Source of the DNA: Eledone cirrhosa
Lineage: Eukaryota
Direction: 5' to 3'
NCBI GenBank assembly: GCA_964016885.1
Contig: OZ024748.1
Coordinates: forward strand, 39,184,001 to 39,248,000
Length of the DNA: 64,000 nt
Shown: one piece after another, positions 41,401 through 56,911 of the stretch
Layout of the letters: the number at the start of each line of letters is the position of its first letter
How positions within the stretch are numbered: the first letter of the stretch is position 1
Notes under the pieces: generated by a model
The model's database searches: none
Seen by the model: only the letters and a program-made list of their open reading frames with translations
What the model was told of the DNA's origin: nothing
Translations under genes and position numbers: made by a program

Positions 41401-44400
41401 GTCTATGTCATTAACCCTTTCATTACCATATTTCCAATGAAAGACAGTGTTTATGTCATTAACCCTTTCACTACCATATTTCTAATGAAAGTCACTGTCT
41501 ATGTCATTAACCCTTTCATTACCATATTTCTAATGAAAGTCACTGTCTATTTCATTAACCCTTTCATTACCATATTTCTAATGAAAGACACATTCTATGT
41601 CATTAATCCTTTCATTACCATATTTCTAATGAAAGACACTGTCTATGTCATTAACCCTTTCATTACCATATTTTTAATGAAAGTCACTGTCTATGTCATT
41701 AACCCTTTCATTACCATATTTCTAATGAAAGACACTGTCTATGTCATTAACCCTTTCATTACCATATTTTTAATGAAAGTCACTGTCTATGTCATTAACC
41801 CATTCATTACCATATTTCTAATGAAAGACACTGTCTATGTGATTAACCCTTTCATTACCATATTTCTAATGAAAGTCACTGTCTATGTCATTAACCCTTT
41901 CATTACCATATTTCTAATGAAAGACACTGTCTATGTCATTAACCCTTTCATTACCATATTTCTAATAAACGTCACTGTCTATGTCATTAACCCTTTCATT
42001 ACCATATTTCTAATGAAAGTCACTGTCTATGTCATTAACCCTTTCATTACCATATTTCTAATGAAAGACACATTCTATGTCATTAATCCTTTCATTACCA
42101 TATTTCTAATGAAAGACACTGTCTATGTCATTAACCCTTTCATTACCATATTTCTAATGAAAGTCACTGTCTATGTCATTAACCCTTTCATTACCATATT
42201 TCTAATGAAAGACACTGTCTATGTCATTAACCCTTTATTATCATATTTCTAATGAAAGACACTGTCTATGTCATTAACCCTTTCATTAACATATTTCTCA
42301 CAAAAGACACTGCCTATGTCCATATTACCATATATCTAATGAAAGACACTGTCTATGTCATTAACTCTTTCATTACCATATTTCTAATGAAAGACACTGT
42401 CTATTTCATTAACCCTTTCATTACCATATTTCTAATGAAAGACACTGCCAATGTCATTAACCCTTTCATTACCATATTTCTGACACTGTCTATGTCATTA
42501 ACCCTTTCATCATCATATTTCTAATAAAAGACACTGTTTATGTCATTAACCCTATCATTACCTTACTTCTAATGAAAGACACTGTCTATGTCATTAACCC
42601 TGTCATTACCATATTTCTAATGAAAGACACTGCCGATGTCATTAACCCTTTCATTACCATATTTCTGAGACTGTCTATTTCATTAACCCTTTCATTACCA
42701 TATTTCTAATGAAAGACACTGTCTATGTCATTAACCCTTTCATTACCATATTTCTAATGAAAGACACTGTCTATTTCATTAACCCTTTCATTACCATATT
42801 TCTAATGAAAGACACTGTCTATTTCATTAACCCTTTCATTACCATATTTCTAATGAAAGACACTGTCTATTTCATTAAACCTTTCATTACCATATTTCTA
42901 ATGAAAGACACTGTCTATGTCATTAACCCTTTCATTACCATATTTCTAATGAAAGACACTGTCTATGTCATTAACCCTTTCATTACCATATTTCTAATGA
43001 AAGTCACTGTCTATGTCATTAACCCTTTCATTACCATATTTCTAATGAAAGTCACTGTCTATGTCATTAACCCTTTCATTACCATATTTCTAATGAAAGA
43101 CACAGTCTATGTCATTAACCCTTTCATTACCATATTTCTAATGAAAGACACTGTCTATGTCATTAACCCTTTCATTACCATATTTCTAATGAAAGTCACT
43201 GTCTATGTCATTAACCCTTTCATTACCATATTTCTAATGAAAGACACTGTCTATGTCATTAACCCTTTATTATCATATTTCTAATGAAAGACACTGTCTA
43301 TGTCATTAACCCTTTCATTAACATATTTCTCACAAAAGACACTGCCTATGTCCATATTACCATATATCTAATGAAAGACACTGTCTATGTCATTAACTCT
43401 TTCATTACCATATTTCTAATGAAAGACACTGTCTATTTCATTAACCCTTTCATTACCATATTTCTAATGAAAGACACTGCCAATGTCATTAACCCTTTCA
43501 TTACCATATTTCTGACACTGACTATGTCATTAACCCTTTCATCATCATATTTCTAATAAAAGACACTGTTTATGTCATTAACCCTATCATTACCTTATTT
43601 CTAATGAAAGACACTGTCTATGTCATTAACCCTGTCATTACCATATTTCTAATGAAAGACACTGCCGATGTCATTAACCCTTTCATTACCATATTTCTGA
43701 GACTGTCTATTTCATTAACCCTTTCATTACCATATTTCTAATGAAAGACACTGTCTATGTCATTAACCCTTTCATTACCATATTTCTAATGAAAGACACT
43801 GTCTATTTCATTAACCCTTTCATTTCCATATTTCTAATGAAAGACACTGTCTATTTCATTAACCCTTTCATTACCATATTTCTAATGAAAGACACTGTCT
43901 ATTTCATTAAACCTTTCATTACCATATTTCTAATGAAAGACACTGTCTATGTCATTAACCCTTTCATTACCATATTTCTAATGAAAGACACTGTCTATGT
44001 CATTAACCCTTTCATTACCATATTTTTAATGAAAGTCACTGTCTATGTCATTAACCCATTCATTACCATATTTCTAATGAAAGTCACTGTCTATGTCATT
44101 AACCCTTTCATTACCATATTTCTAATGAAAGTCACTGTCTATGTCATTAACCCTTTCATTACCATATTTCTAATGAAAGTCACTGTCTATGTCATTAACC
44201 CTTTCATTACCATATTTCTAATGAAAGTCACTGTCTATGTCATTAACCCTTTCATTACCATATTTCTAATGAAAGACACTGTCTATGTCATTAACCCTTT
44301 CATTACCATATTTTTAATGAAAGTCACTGTCTATGTCATTAACCCATTCATTACCATATTTCTAATGAAAGACACTGTCTATGTGATTAACCCTTTCATT

Positions 44401-47400
44401 ACCATATTTCTAATGAAAGTCACTGTCTATGTCATTAACCCTTTCATTACCATATTTCTAATGAAAGACACTGTCTATGTCATTAACCCTTTCATTACCA
44501 TATTTCTAATAAACGTCACTGTCTATGTCATTAACCCTTTCATTACCATATTTCTAATGAAAGTCACTGTCTATGTCATTAACCCTTTCATTACCATATT
44601 TCTAATGAAAGACACATTCTATGTCATTAATCCTTTCATTACCATATTTCTAATGAAAGACACTGTCTATGTCATTAACCCTTTCATTACCATATTTCTA
44701 ATGAAAGTCACTGTCTATGTCATTAACCCTTTCATTACCATATTTCTAATGAAAGACACTGTCTATGTCATTAACCCTTTATTATCATATTTCTAATGAA
44801 AGACACTGTCTATGTCATTAACCCTTTCATTAACATATTTCTCACAAAAGACACTGCCTATGTCCATATTACCATATATCTAATGAAAGACACTGTCTAT
44901 GTCATTAACTCTTTCATTACCATATTTCTAATGAAAGACACTGTCTATTTCATTAACCCTTTCATTACCATATTTCTAATGAAAGACACTGCCAATGTCA
45001 TTAACCCTTTCATTACCATATTTCTGACACTGTCTATGTCATTAACCCTTTCATCATCATATTTCTAATAAAAGACACTGTTTATGTCATTAACCCTATC
45101 ATTACCTTACTTCTAATGAAAGACACTGTCTATGTCATTAACCCTGTCATTACCATATTTCTAATGAAAGACACTGCCGATGTCATTAACCCTTTCATTA
45201 CCATATTTCTGAGACTGTCTATTTCATTAACCCTTTCATTACCATATTTCTAATGAAAGACACTGTCTATGTCATTAACCCTTTCATTACCATATTTCTA
45301 ATGAAAGACACTGTCTATTTCATTAACCCTTTCATTACCATATTTCTAATGAAAGACACTGTCTATTTCATTAACCCTTTCATTACCATATTTCTAATGA
45401 AAGACACTGTCTATTTCATTAAACCTTTCATTACCATATTTCTAATGAAAGACACTGTCTATGTCATTAACCCTTTCATTACCATATTTCTAATGAAAGA
45501 CACTGTCTATGTCATTAACCCTTTCATTACCATATTTCTAATGAAAGTCACTGTCTATGTCATTAACCCTTTCATTACCATATTTCTAATGAAAGTCACT
45601 GTCTATGTCATTAACCCTTTCATTACCATATTTCTAATGAAAGACACAGTCTATGTCATTAACCCTTTCATTACCATATTTCTAATGAAAGACACTGTCT
45701 ATGTCATTAACCCTTTCATTACCATATTTCTAATGAAAGACACTGTCTATGTCATTAACCCTTTATTATCATATTTCTAATGAAAGACACTGTCTATGTC
45801 ATTAACCCTTTCATTAACATATTTCTCACAAAAGACACTGCCTATGTCCATATTACCATATATCTAATGAAAGACACTGTCTATGTCATTAACTCTTTCA
45901 TTACCATATTTCTAATGAAAGACACTGTCTATTTCATTAACCCTTTCATTACCATATTTCTAATGAAAGACACTGCCAATGTCATTAACCCTTTCATTAC
46001 CATATTTCTGACACTGTCTATGTCATTAACCCTTTCATCATCATATTTCTAATAAAAGACACTGTTTATGTCATTAACCCTATCATTACCTTACTTCTAA
46101 TGAAAGACACTGTCTATGTCATTAACCCTGTCATTACCATATTTCTAATGAAAGACACTGCCGATGTCATTAACCCTTTCATTACCATATTTCTGAGACT
46201 GTCTATTTCATTAACCCTTTCATTACCATATTTCTAATGAAAGACACTGTCTATGTCATTAACCCTTTCATTACCATATTTCTAATGAAAGACACTGTCT
46301 ATTTCATTAACCCTTTCATTACCATATTTCTAATGAAAGACACTGTCTATTTCATTAACCCTTTCATTACCATATTTCTAATGAAAGACACTGTCTATTT
46401 CATTAAACCTTTCATTACCATATTTCTAATGAAAGACACTGTCTATGTCATTAACCATTTCATTACCATATTTCTAATGAAAGACACTGTCTATGTCATT
46501 AACCCTTTCATTACCATATTTCTAATGAAAGTCACTGTCTATGTCATTAACCCTTTCATTACCATATTTCTAATGAAAGTCACTGTCTATGTCATTAACC
46601 CTTTCATTACCATATTTCTAATGAAAGTCACTGTCTATTTCATTAACCCTTTCATTACCATATTTCTAATGAAAGACACTGTCTATGTGATTAACCCTTT
46701 CATTACCATATTTCTAATGAAAGTCACTGTCTATGTCATTAACCCTTTCATTACCATATTTCTAATGAAAGTCACTGTCTATGTCATTAACCCTTTCATT
46801 ACCATATTTCTAATGAAAGTCACTGTCTATGTCATTAACCCTTTCATTACCATATTTCTAATGAAAGACACTGTCTATGTCATTAACCCTTTCATTACCA
46901 TATTTTTAATGAAAGTCACTGTCTATGTCATTAACCCTTTCATTACCATATTTCTAATGAAAGTCACTGTCTATGTCATTAACCCTTTCATTACCATATT
47001 TCTAATGAAAGTCATTCTCTATGTCATTAACCCTTTCATTACCATATTTCTAATGAAAGTCACTGTCTATGTCATTAACCCTTTCATTACCATATTTCTA
47101 ATGAAAGACACTGTCTATGTCATTAACCCTTTCATTACCATATTTCTAATAAACGTCACTGTTTATGTCATTAACCCTTTCATTACCATATTTCTAATGA
47201 AAGTCACTGTCTATGTCATTAACCCTTTCATTACCATATTTCTAATGAAAGACACATTCTATCTCATTAATCCTTTCATTACCATATTTCTAATGGAAGT
47301 CACTGTCTATGTCATTAACCCTTTCATTACCATATTTCTAATGAAAGTCACTGTCTATGTCATTAACCCTTTCATTTCCATATTTCTAATGAAAGTCACT

Positions 47401-47900
47401 GTCTATGTCATTAATCCTTTCATTACCATATTTCTAATGAAAGACACAGTCTATGTCATTAATCCTTTCATTACCATATTTCTAATGAAAGACACTGTCT
47501 ATGTCATTAACCCTTTCATTACCATATTTCTAATGAAAGTCACTGTCTATGTCATTAACCCTTTCATTACCATATTTCTAATGAAAGACACTGTCTATGT
47601 CATTAACCCTTTCATTACCATATTTCTAATAAACGTCACTGTCTATGTCATTAACCCTTTCATTACCATATTTCTAATGAAAGTCACTGTCTATGTCATT
47701 AACCCTTTCATTACCATATTTCTAATGAAAGACACATTCTATGTCATTAATCCTTTCATTACCATATTTCTAATGGAAGTCACTGTCTGTGTCATTAACC
47801 CTTTCATTACCATATTTCTAATGAAAGTCACTGTCTATGTCATTAACCCTTTCATTACCATATTTCTAATGAAAGTCACTGTCTATGTCATTATCCCTTT
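38400..47900 (+). repeat. Sub-domain 3: units of about 1-2 kb, including an 1800-bp duplication
   Basis: Cassette A at 38412, 40452, 42252, 43284, 44796 and 45780. tttccaatgaaagacagtgt occurs at 39631 and 41431 (offset 1800). Characteristic variants are ccttacttct and aacccattc. Cassette B is absent. Confidence 0.85.
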
Positions 47901-47943
47901 CATTACCATATTTCTAATGAAAGTCACAGTCTATGTCATTAAT

Positions 47944-50900
47944 CCTTTCATTACCATATTTCTAATGAAAGTCACTGTCTATGTCATTAACCCTTTCATT
48001 ACCATATTTCTAATGAAAGACACTGTCTATGTGATTAACCCTGTCATTACCATATTTCTAATGAAAGTCACTGTCTATGTCATTAACCCTTTCATTAACA
48101 TATTTCTAATGAAAGACACTGACTATGTCATTAACCCTTTCATTACCATATTTCTAATGAAAGACACTGTCTATGCAATTAACCCTTTCATTAACATATT
48201 TCTAATGAAAGACACTGCCCATGTCATTAACACTTTCATTACCATATTTCTAATGTAAGACACTGTCTGTCATTAACCCTGTCATTACTATATTTCTAAT
48301 GAAAGACACTGCCTACGTCATTAACCCTTTCATTACCATATTTCTAATGAAAGACACTGTCTATGTCATTAACCCTTTATTATCATATTTCTAATGAAAG
48401 ACACTGTCTATGTCATTAACCCTTTATTATCATATTTCTACTGAAAGACACTGTCTATGTCATTAACCCTTTATTATCATATTTCTAATGAAAGACACTG
48501 TCTATGTCATTAACGCTTTCATTAACATATTTCTCACAAAAGACACTGCCTATGTCCATATTACCATATATCTAATGAAAGACACTGTCTATGTCATTAA
48601 CCCTTTATTATCATATTTCTAATGAAAGACACTGTCTATTTCATTAAACCTTTCATTACCCTATTTCTAATGAAAGACACTGCCAATGTCATTAACCCTT
48701 TCATTACCATATTTCTGACACTGTCTATGTCATTAACCCTTTCATTACCATATTTCTAATAAAAGACACTGTCTATATCATTAACCCTTTCATTACCATA
48801 TTTCTAATGAAAGACACTGTCTATGCAATTAACCCTTTCATTAACATATTTCTCACAAAAGCCACTGTTTATGTCATTGACCATTTCATTACCATATTTC
48901 TAATGAAAGACATTGTCTATGTTAATAACACATTCATTACCATATTTCTAATGAAAGACACTGCCTATGTCATTAACACTTTCATTACCATATTTCTAAT
49001 GTAAGACACTGTCTGCCATTAACCCTGTCATTACTATATTTCTAATGAAAGTCACTGTCTATGTCATTAACCCTTTCATTACCATATTTCTAATGAAAGA
49101 CACTGTCTATGTCATTAACCCTTTCATTACCATATTTCTAATGAAAGTCACTGTCTATGTCATTAACCCTTTCATTTCCATATTTCTAATGAAAGTCACT
49201 GTCTATGTCATTAACACTTTCATTACCATATTTCTAATGAAAGACACAGTCTATGTCATTAATCCTTTCATTACCATATTTCTAATGAAAGACACTGTCT
49301 ATGTCATTAACCCTTTCATTACCATATTTCTAATGAAAGTCACTGTCTATGTCATTAACCCTTTCATTACCATATTTCTAATGAAAGACACTGTCTATGT
49401 CATTATCCCTTTCATTACCATATTTCTAATGAAAGACACAGTCTATGTCATTAATCCTTTCATTACCATATTTCTAATAAAAGTCACTGTCTATGTCATT
49501 AACCCTTTCATTACCATATTTCTAATGAAAGACACTGTCTATGTGATTAACCCTGTCATTACCATATTTCTAATGAAAGTCACTGTCTATGTCATTAACC
49601 CTTTCATTAACATATTTCTAATGAAAGACACTGACTATGTCATTAACCCTTTCATTACCATATTTCTAATGAAAGACACTGTCTATGCAATTAACCCTTT
49701 CATTAACATATTTCTAATGAAAGACACTGCCCATGTCATTAACACTTTCATTACCATATTTCTAATGTAAGACACTGTCTGTCATTAACCCTGTCATTAC
49801 TATATTTCTAATGAAAGACACTGCCTACGTCATTAACCCTTTCATTACCATATTTCTAATGAAAGACACTGTCTATGTCATTAACCCTTTATTATCATAT
49901 TTCTAATGAAAGACACTGTCTATGTCATTAACCCTTTATTATCATATTTCTACTGAAAGACACTGTCTATGTCATTAACCCTTTATTATCATATTTCTAA
50001 TGAAAGACACTGTCTATGTCATTAACGCTTTCATTAACATATTTCTCACAAAAGACACTGCCTATGTCCATATTACCATATATCTAATGAAAGACACTGT
50101 CTATGTCATTAACCCTTTATTATCATATTTCTAATGAAAGACACTGTCTATTTCATTAAACCTTTCATTACCCTATTTCTAATGAAAGACACTGCCAATG
50201 TCATTAACCCTTTCATTACCATATTTCTGACACTGTCTATGTCATTAACCCTTTCATTACCATATTTCTAATAAAAGACATTGTCTATATCATTAACCCT
50301 TTCATTACCATATTTCTAATGAAAGACACTGTCTATGCAATTAACCCTTTCATTAACATATTTCTCACAAAAGCCACTGTTTATGTCATTGACCATTTCA
50401 TTACCATATTTCTAATGAAAGACATTGTCTATGTCAATAACACATTCATTACCATATTTCTAATGAAAGACACTGCCTATGTCATTAACACTTTCATTAC
50501 CATATTTCTAATGTAAGACACTGTCTGTCATTAACCCTGTCATTACTATATTTCTAATGAAAGACACATTCTATGTCATTAACCCTTTAATTACCATATT
50601 TCTAATGAAAGACACTGTCTATGTCATTAACCCTTTATTATCATATTTCTAATGAAAGACACTGTCTATGTCATTAACCCTTTTTTATCATATTTCAAAT
50701 GAAAGACAGTCTATGTCATTAACCCTTTCATTAACATATTTCTCACAAAAGACACTGCCTATGTCCATATTACCATATATCTAATGAAAGACACTGTCTA
50801 TGTCATTAACTCTTTCATTACCATATTTCTAATGAAAGACACTGTCTATTTCATTAACCCTTTCATTACCATATTTCTAATGAAAGACACTGCCAATGTC

Positions 50901-53900
50901 ATTAACCCTTTCATTACCATATTTCTGACACTGTCTATGTCATTAACCCTTTCATCATCATATTTCTAATAAAAGGCACTGTTTATGTCATTAACCCTAT
51001 CATTACCTTATTTCTAATGAAAGACACTGTCTATGTCATTAACCCTGTCATTACCATATTTCTAATGAAAGACATTGCCGATGTCATTAACCCTTTCATT
51101 ACCATATTTCTGAGACTGTCTATTTCATTAACCCTTTCATTACCATATTTCTGAGACTGTCTATTTCATTAACCCTTTCATTACCATATTTCTAATGAAA
51201 GACACTGTCTATGTGATTAACCCTTTCATTACCATATTTCTAATGAAAGACACTGTCTATTTCATTAACCCTTTCATTACCATATTTCTAATGAAAGACA
51301 CTGTCTATTTCATTAACACTTTCATTACCATATTTCTAATGAAAGACACTGTCTATTTCATTAAACCTTTCATTACCATATTTCTAATGAAAGACACTGT
51401 CTATGTCATTAACTCTTTCATTACCATATTTCTAATGAAAGACACTGTCTATTTCATTAACCCTTTCATTACCATATTTCTAATGAAAGACACTGCCAAT
51501 GTCATTATCCCTTTCATTACCATATTTCTGACACTGTCTATTTCATTAACACTTTCATTACCATATTTCTAATGAAAGACACTGTCTATTTCATTAAACC
51601 TTTCATTACCATATTTCTAATGAAAGACACTGTCTATGTCATTAACCCTTTCATTACCATATTTCTAATGAAAGACACTGTCTATGTCATTAACCCTTTC
51701 ATTACCATATTTTTAATGAAAGTCACTGTCTATGTCATTAACACTTTCATTACCATATTTCTAATGAAAGTCACTGTCTATGTCATTAACCCTTTCATTA
51801 CCATATTTCTAATGAAAGTCACTGTCTATGTCATTAACCCTTTCATTACATATTTCTAATGAAAGTCACTGTCTATGTCATTAACCCTTTCATTACCATA
51901 TTTCTAATGAAAGACACTGTCTATGTCATTAACCCTTTCATTACCATATTTCTAATGAAAGTCACTGTCTATGTCATTAACCCTTTCATTACCATATTTC
52001 TAATGAAAGTCACTGTCTATGTCATTAACCCTTTCATTACCATATTTCTAATGAAAGTCACTGTCTATTTCATTAACCCTTTCATTACCATATTTCTAAT
52101 GAAAGACACTGTCTATGTCATTAACCCTTTCATTACCATATTTCTAATGAAAGTCACTGTCTATGTCATTAACCCTTTCATTACCATATTTCTAATGAAA
52201 GACACTGTCTATGTCATTAACCCTTTCATTACCATATTTCTAATAAAAGTCACTGTCTATGTCATTAACCCTTTCATTACCATATTTCTAATGAAAGTCA
52301 CTGTCTATGTCATTAACCCTTTCATTACCATATTTCTAATGAAAGACACTGTCTATGTCATTAACCCTTTCATTACCATATTTCAAATGAAAATCACTGT
52401 CTATGTCATTAACCCTTTCATTACCATATTTCTAATGAAAGTCACTGTCTATGTCATTAACCCTTTCATTACCATATTTCTAATGAAAGACACTGTCTAT
52501 GTGATTAACCCTGTCATTACCATATTTCTAATGAAAGTCACTGTCTATGTCATTAACCCTTTCATTAACATATTTCTAATGAAAGACACTGACTATGTCA
52601 TTAACCCTTTCATTACCATATTTCTAATGAAAGACACTGTCTATGCAATTAACCCTTTCATTAACATATTTCTAATGAAAGACACTGCCCATGTCATTAA
52701 CACTTTCATTACCATATTTCTAATGTAAGACACTGTCTGTCATTAACCCTGTCATTACTATATTTCTAATGAAAGACACTGCCTACGTCATTAACCCTTT
52801 CATTACCATATTTCTAATGAAAGACACTGTCTATGTCATTAACCCTTTATTATCATATTTCTAATGAAAGACACTGTCTATGTCATTAACCCTTTATTAT
52901 CATATTTCTACTGAAAGACACTGTCTATGTCATTAACCCTTTATTATCATATTTCTAATGAAAGACACTGTCTATGTCATTAACGCTTTCATTAACATAT
53001 TTCTCACAAAAGACACTGCCTATGTCCATATTACCATATATCTAATGAAAGACACTGTCTATGTCATTAACCCTTTATTATCATATTTCTAATGAAAGAC
53101 ACTGTCTATTTCATTAAACCTTTCATTACCCTATTTCTAATGAAAGACACTGCCAATGTCATTAACCCTTTCATTACCATATTTCTGACACTGTCTATGT
53201 CATTAACCCTTTCATTACCATATTTCTAATAAAAGACACTGTCTATATCATTAACCCTTTCATTACCATATTTCTAATGAAAGACACTGTCTATGCAATT
53301 AACCCTTTCATTAACATATTTCTCACAAAAGCCACTGTTTATGTCATTGACCATTTCATTACCATATTTCTAATGAAAGACATTGTCTATGTTAATAACA
53401 CATTCATTACCATATTTCTAATGAAAGACACTGCCTATGTCATTAACACTTTCATTACCATATTTCTAATGTAAGACACTGTCTGCCATTAACCCTGTCA
53501 TTACTATATTTCTAATGAAAGTCACTGTCTATGTCATTAACCCTTTCATTACCATATTTCTAATGAAAGACACTGTCTATGTCATTAACCCTTTCATTAC
53601 CATATTTCTAATGAAAGTCACTGTCTATGTCATTAACCCTTTCATTTCCATATTTCTAATGAAAGTCACTGTCTATGTCATTAACACTTTCATTACCATA
53701 TTTCTAATGAAAGACACAGTCTATGTCATTAATCCTTTCATTACCATATTTCTAATGAAAGACACTGTCTATGTCATTAACCCTTTCATTACCATATTTC
53801 TAATGAAAGTCACTGTCTATGTCATTAACCCTTTCATTACCATATTTCTAATGAAAGACACTGTCTATGTCATTATCCCTTTCATTACCATATTTCTAAT

Positions 53901-56900
53901 GAAAGACACAGTCTATGTCATTAATCCTTTCATTACCATATTTCTAATAAAAGTCACTGTCTATGTCATTAACCCTTTCATTACCATATTTCTAATGAAA
54001 GACACTGTCTATGTGATTAACCCTGTCATTACCATATTTCTAATGAAAGTCACTGTCTATGTCATTAACCCTTTCATTAACATATTTCTAATGAAAGACA
54101 CTGACTATGTCATTAACCCTTTCATTACCATATTTCTAATGAAAGACACTGTCTATGCAATTAACCCTTTCATTAACATATTTCTAATGAAAGACACTGC
54201 CCATGTCATTAACACTTTCATTACCATATTTCTAATGTAAGACACTGTCTGTCATTAACCCTGTCATTACTATATTTCTAATGAAAGACACTGCCTACGT
54301 CATTAACCCTTTCATTACCATATTTCTAATGAAAGACACTGTCTATGTCATTAACCCTTTATTATCATATTTCTAATGAAAGACACTGTCTATGTCATTA
54401 ACCCTTTATTATCATATTTCTACTGAAAGACACTGTCTATGTCATTAACCCTTTATTATCATATTTCTAATGAAAGACACTGTCTATGTCATTAACGCTT
54501 TCATTAACATATTTCTCACAAAAGACACTGCCTATGTCCATATTACCATATATCTAATGAAAGACACTGTCTATGTCATTAACCCTTTATTATCATATTT
54601 CTAATGAAAGACACTGTCTATTTCATTAAACCTTTCATTACGCTATTTCTAATGAAAGACACTGCCAATGTCATTAACCCTTTCATTACCATATTTCTGA
54701 CACTGTCTATGTCATTAACCCTTTCATTACCATATTTCTAATAAAAGACATTGTCTATATCATTAACCCTTTCATTACCATATTTCTAATGAAAGACACT
54801 GTCTATGCAATTAACCCTTTCATTAACATATTTCTCACAAAAGCCACTGTTTATGTCATTGACCATTTCATTACCATATTTCTAATGAAAGACATTGTCT
54901 ATGTCAATAACACATTCATTACCATATTTCTAATGAAAGACACTGCCTATGTCATTAACACTTTCATTACCATATTTCTAATGTAAGACACTGTCTGTCA
55001 TTAACCCTGTCATTACTATATTTCTAATGAAAGACACATTCTATGTCATTAACCCTTTAATTACCATATTTCTAATGAAAGACACTGTCTATGTCATTAA
55101 CCCTTTATTATCATATTTCTAATGAAAGACACTGTCTATGTCATTAACCCTTTTTTATCATATTTCAAATGAAAGACAGTCTATGTCATTAACCCTTTCA
55201 TTAACATATTTCTCACAAAAGACACTGCCTATGTCCATATTACCATATATCTAATGAAAGACACTGTCTATGTCATTAACTCTTTCATTACCATATTTCT
55301 AATGAAAGACACTGTCTATTTCATTAACCCTTTCATTACCATATTTCTAATGAAAGACACTGCCAATGTCATTAACCCTTTCATTACCATATTTCTGACA
55401 CTGTCTATGTCATTAACCCTTTCATCATCATATTTCTAATAAAAGGCACTGTTTATGTCATTAACCCTATCATTACCTTATTTCTAATGAAAGACACTGT
55501 CTATGTCATTAACCCTGTCATTACCATATTTCTAATGAAAGACATTGCCGATGTCATTAACCCTTTCATTACCATATTTCTGAGACTGTCTATTTCATTA
55601 ACCCTTTCATTACCATATTTCTGAGACTGTCTATTTCATTAACCCTTTCATTACCATATTTCTAATGAAAGACACTGTCTATGTGATTAACCCTTTCATT
55701 ACCATATTTCTAATGAAAGACACTGTCTATTTCATTAACCCTTTCATTACCATATTTCTAATGAAAGACACTGTCTATTTCATTAACACTTTCATTACCA
55801 TATTTCTAATGAAAGACACTGTCTATTTCATTAAACCTTTCATTACCATATTTCTAATGAAAGACACTGTCTATGTCATTAACTCTTTCATTACCATATT
55901 TCTAATGAAAGACACTGTCTATTTCATTAACCCTTTCATTACCATATTTCTAATGAAAGACACTGCCAATGTCATTAACCCTTTCATTACCATATTTCTG
56001 ACACTGTCTATTTCATTAACACTTTCATTACCATATTTCTAATGAAAGACACTGTCTATTTCATTAAACCTTTCATTACCATATTTCTAATGAAAGACAC
56101 TGTCTATGTCATTAACCCTTTCATTACCATATTTCTAATGAAAGACACTGTCTATGTCATTAACCCTTTCATTACCATATTTTTAATGAAAGTCACTGTC
56201 TATGTCATTAACACTTTCATTACCATATTTCTAATGAAAGTCACTGTCTATGTCATTAACCCTTTCATTACCATATTTCTAATGAAAGTCACTGTCTATG
56301 TCATTAACCCTTTCATTACATATTTCTAATGAAAGTCACTGTCTATGTCATTAACCCTTTCATTACCATATTTCTAATGAAAGACACTGTCTATGTCATT
56401 AACCCTTTCATTACCATATTTCTAATGAAAGTCACTGTCTATGTCATTAACCCTTTCATTACCATATTTCTAATGAAAGTCACTGTCTATGTCATTAACC
56501 CTTTCATTACCATATTTCTAATGAAAGTCACTGTCTATTTCATTAACCCTTTCATTACCATATTTCTAATGAAAGACACTGTCTATGTCATTAACCCTTT
56601 CATTACCATATTTCTAATGAAAGTCACTGTCTATGTCATTAACCCTTTCATTACCATATTTCTAATGAAAGACACTGTCTATGTCATTAACCCTTTCATT
56701 ACCATATTTCTAATAAAAGTCACTGTCTATGTCATTAACCCTTTCATTACCATATTTCTAATGAAAGTCACTGTCTATGTCATTAACCCTTTCATTACCA
56801 TATTTCTAATGAAAGACACTGTCTATGTCATTAACCCTTTCATTACCATATTTCAAATGAAAATCACTGTCTATGTCATTAACCCTTTCATTACCATATT

Positions 56901-56911
56901 TCTAATGAAAG
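47944..56911 (+). repeat. Tandem duplication, period 4470 bp, each copy containing an internal 1512-bp duplication
   Basis: Offset 4470: 48258/52728, 48807/53277, 49045/53515, 50319/54789, 50784/55254, 51195/55665, 51572/56042, 51859/56329. Offset 1512: 48258/49770, 48807/50319, 53277/54789. Confidence 0.92.
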
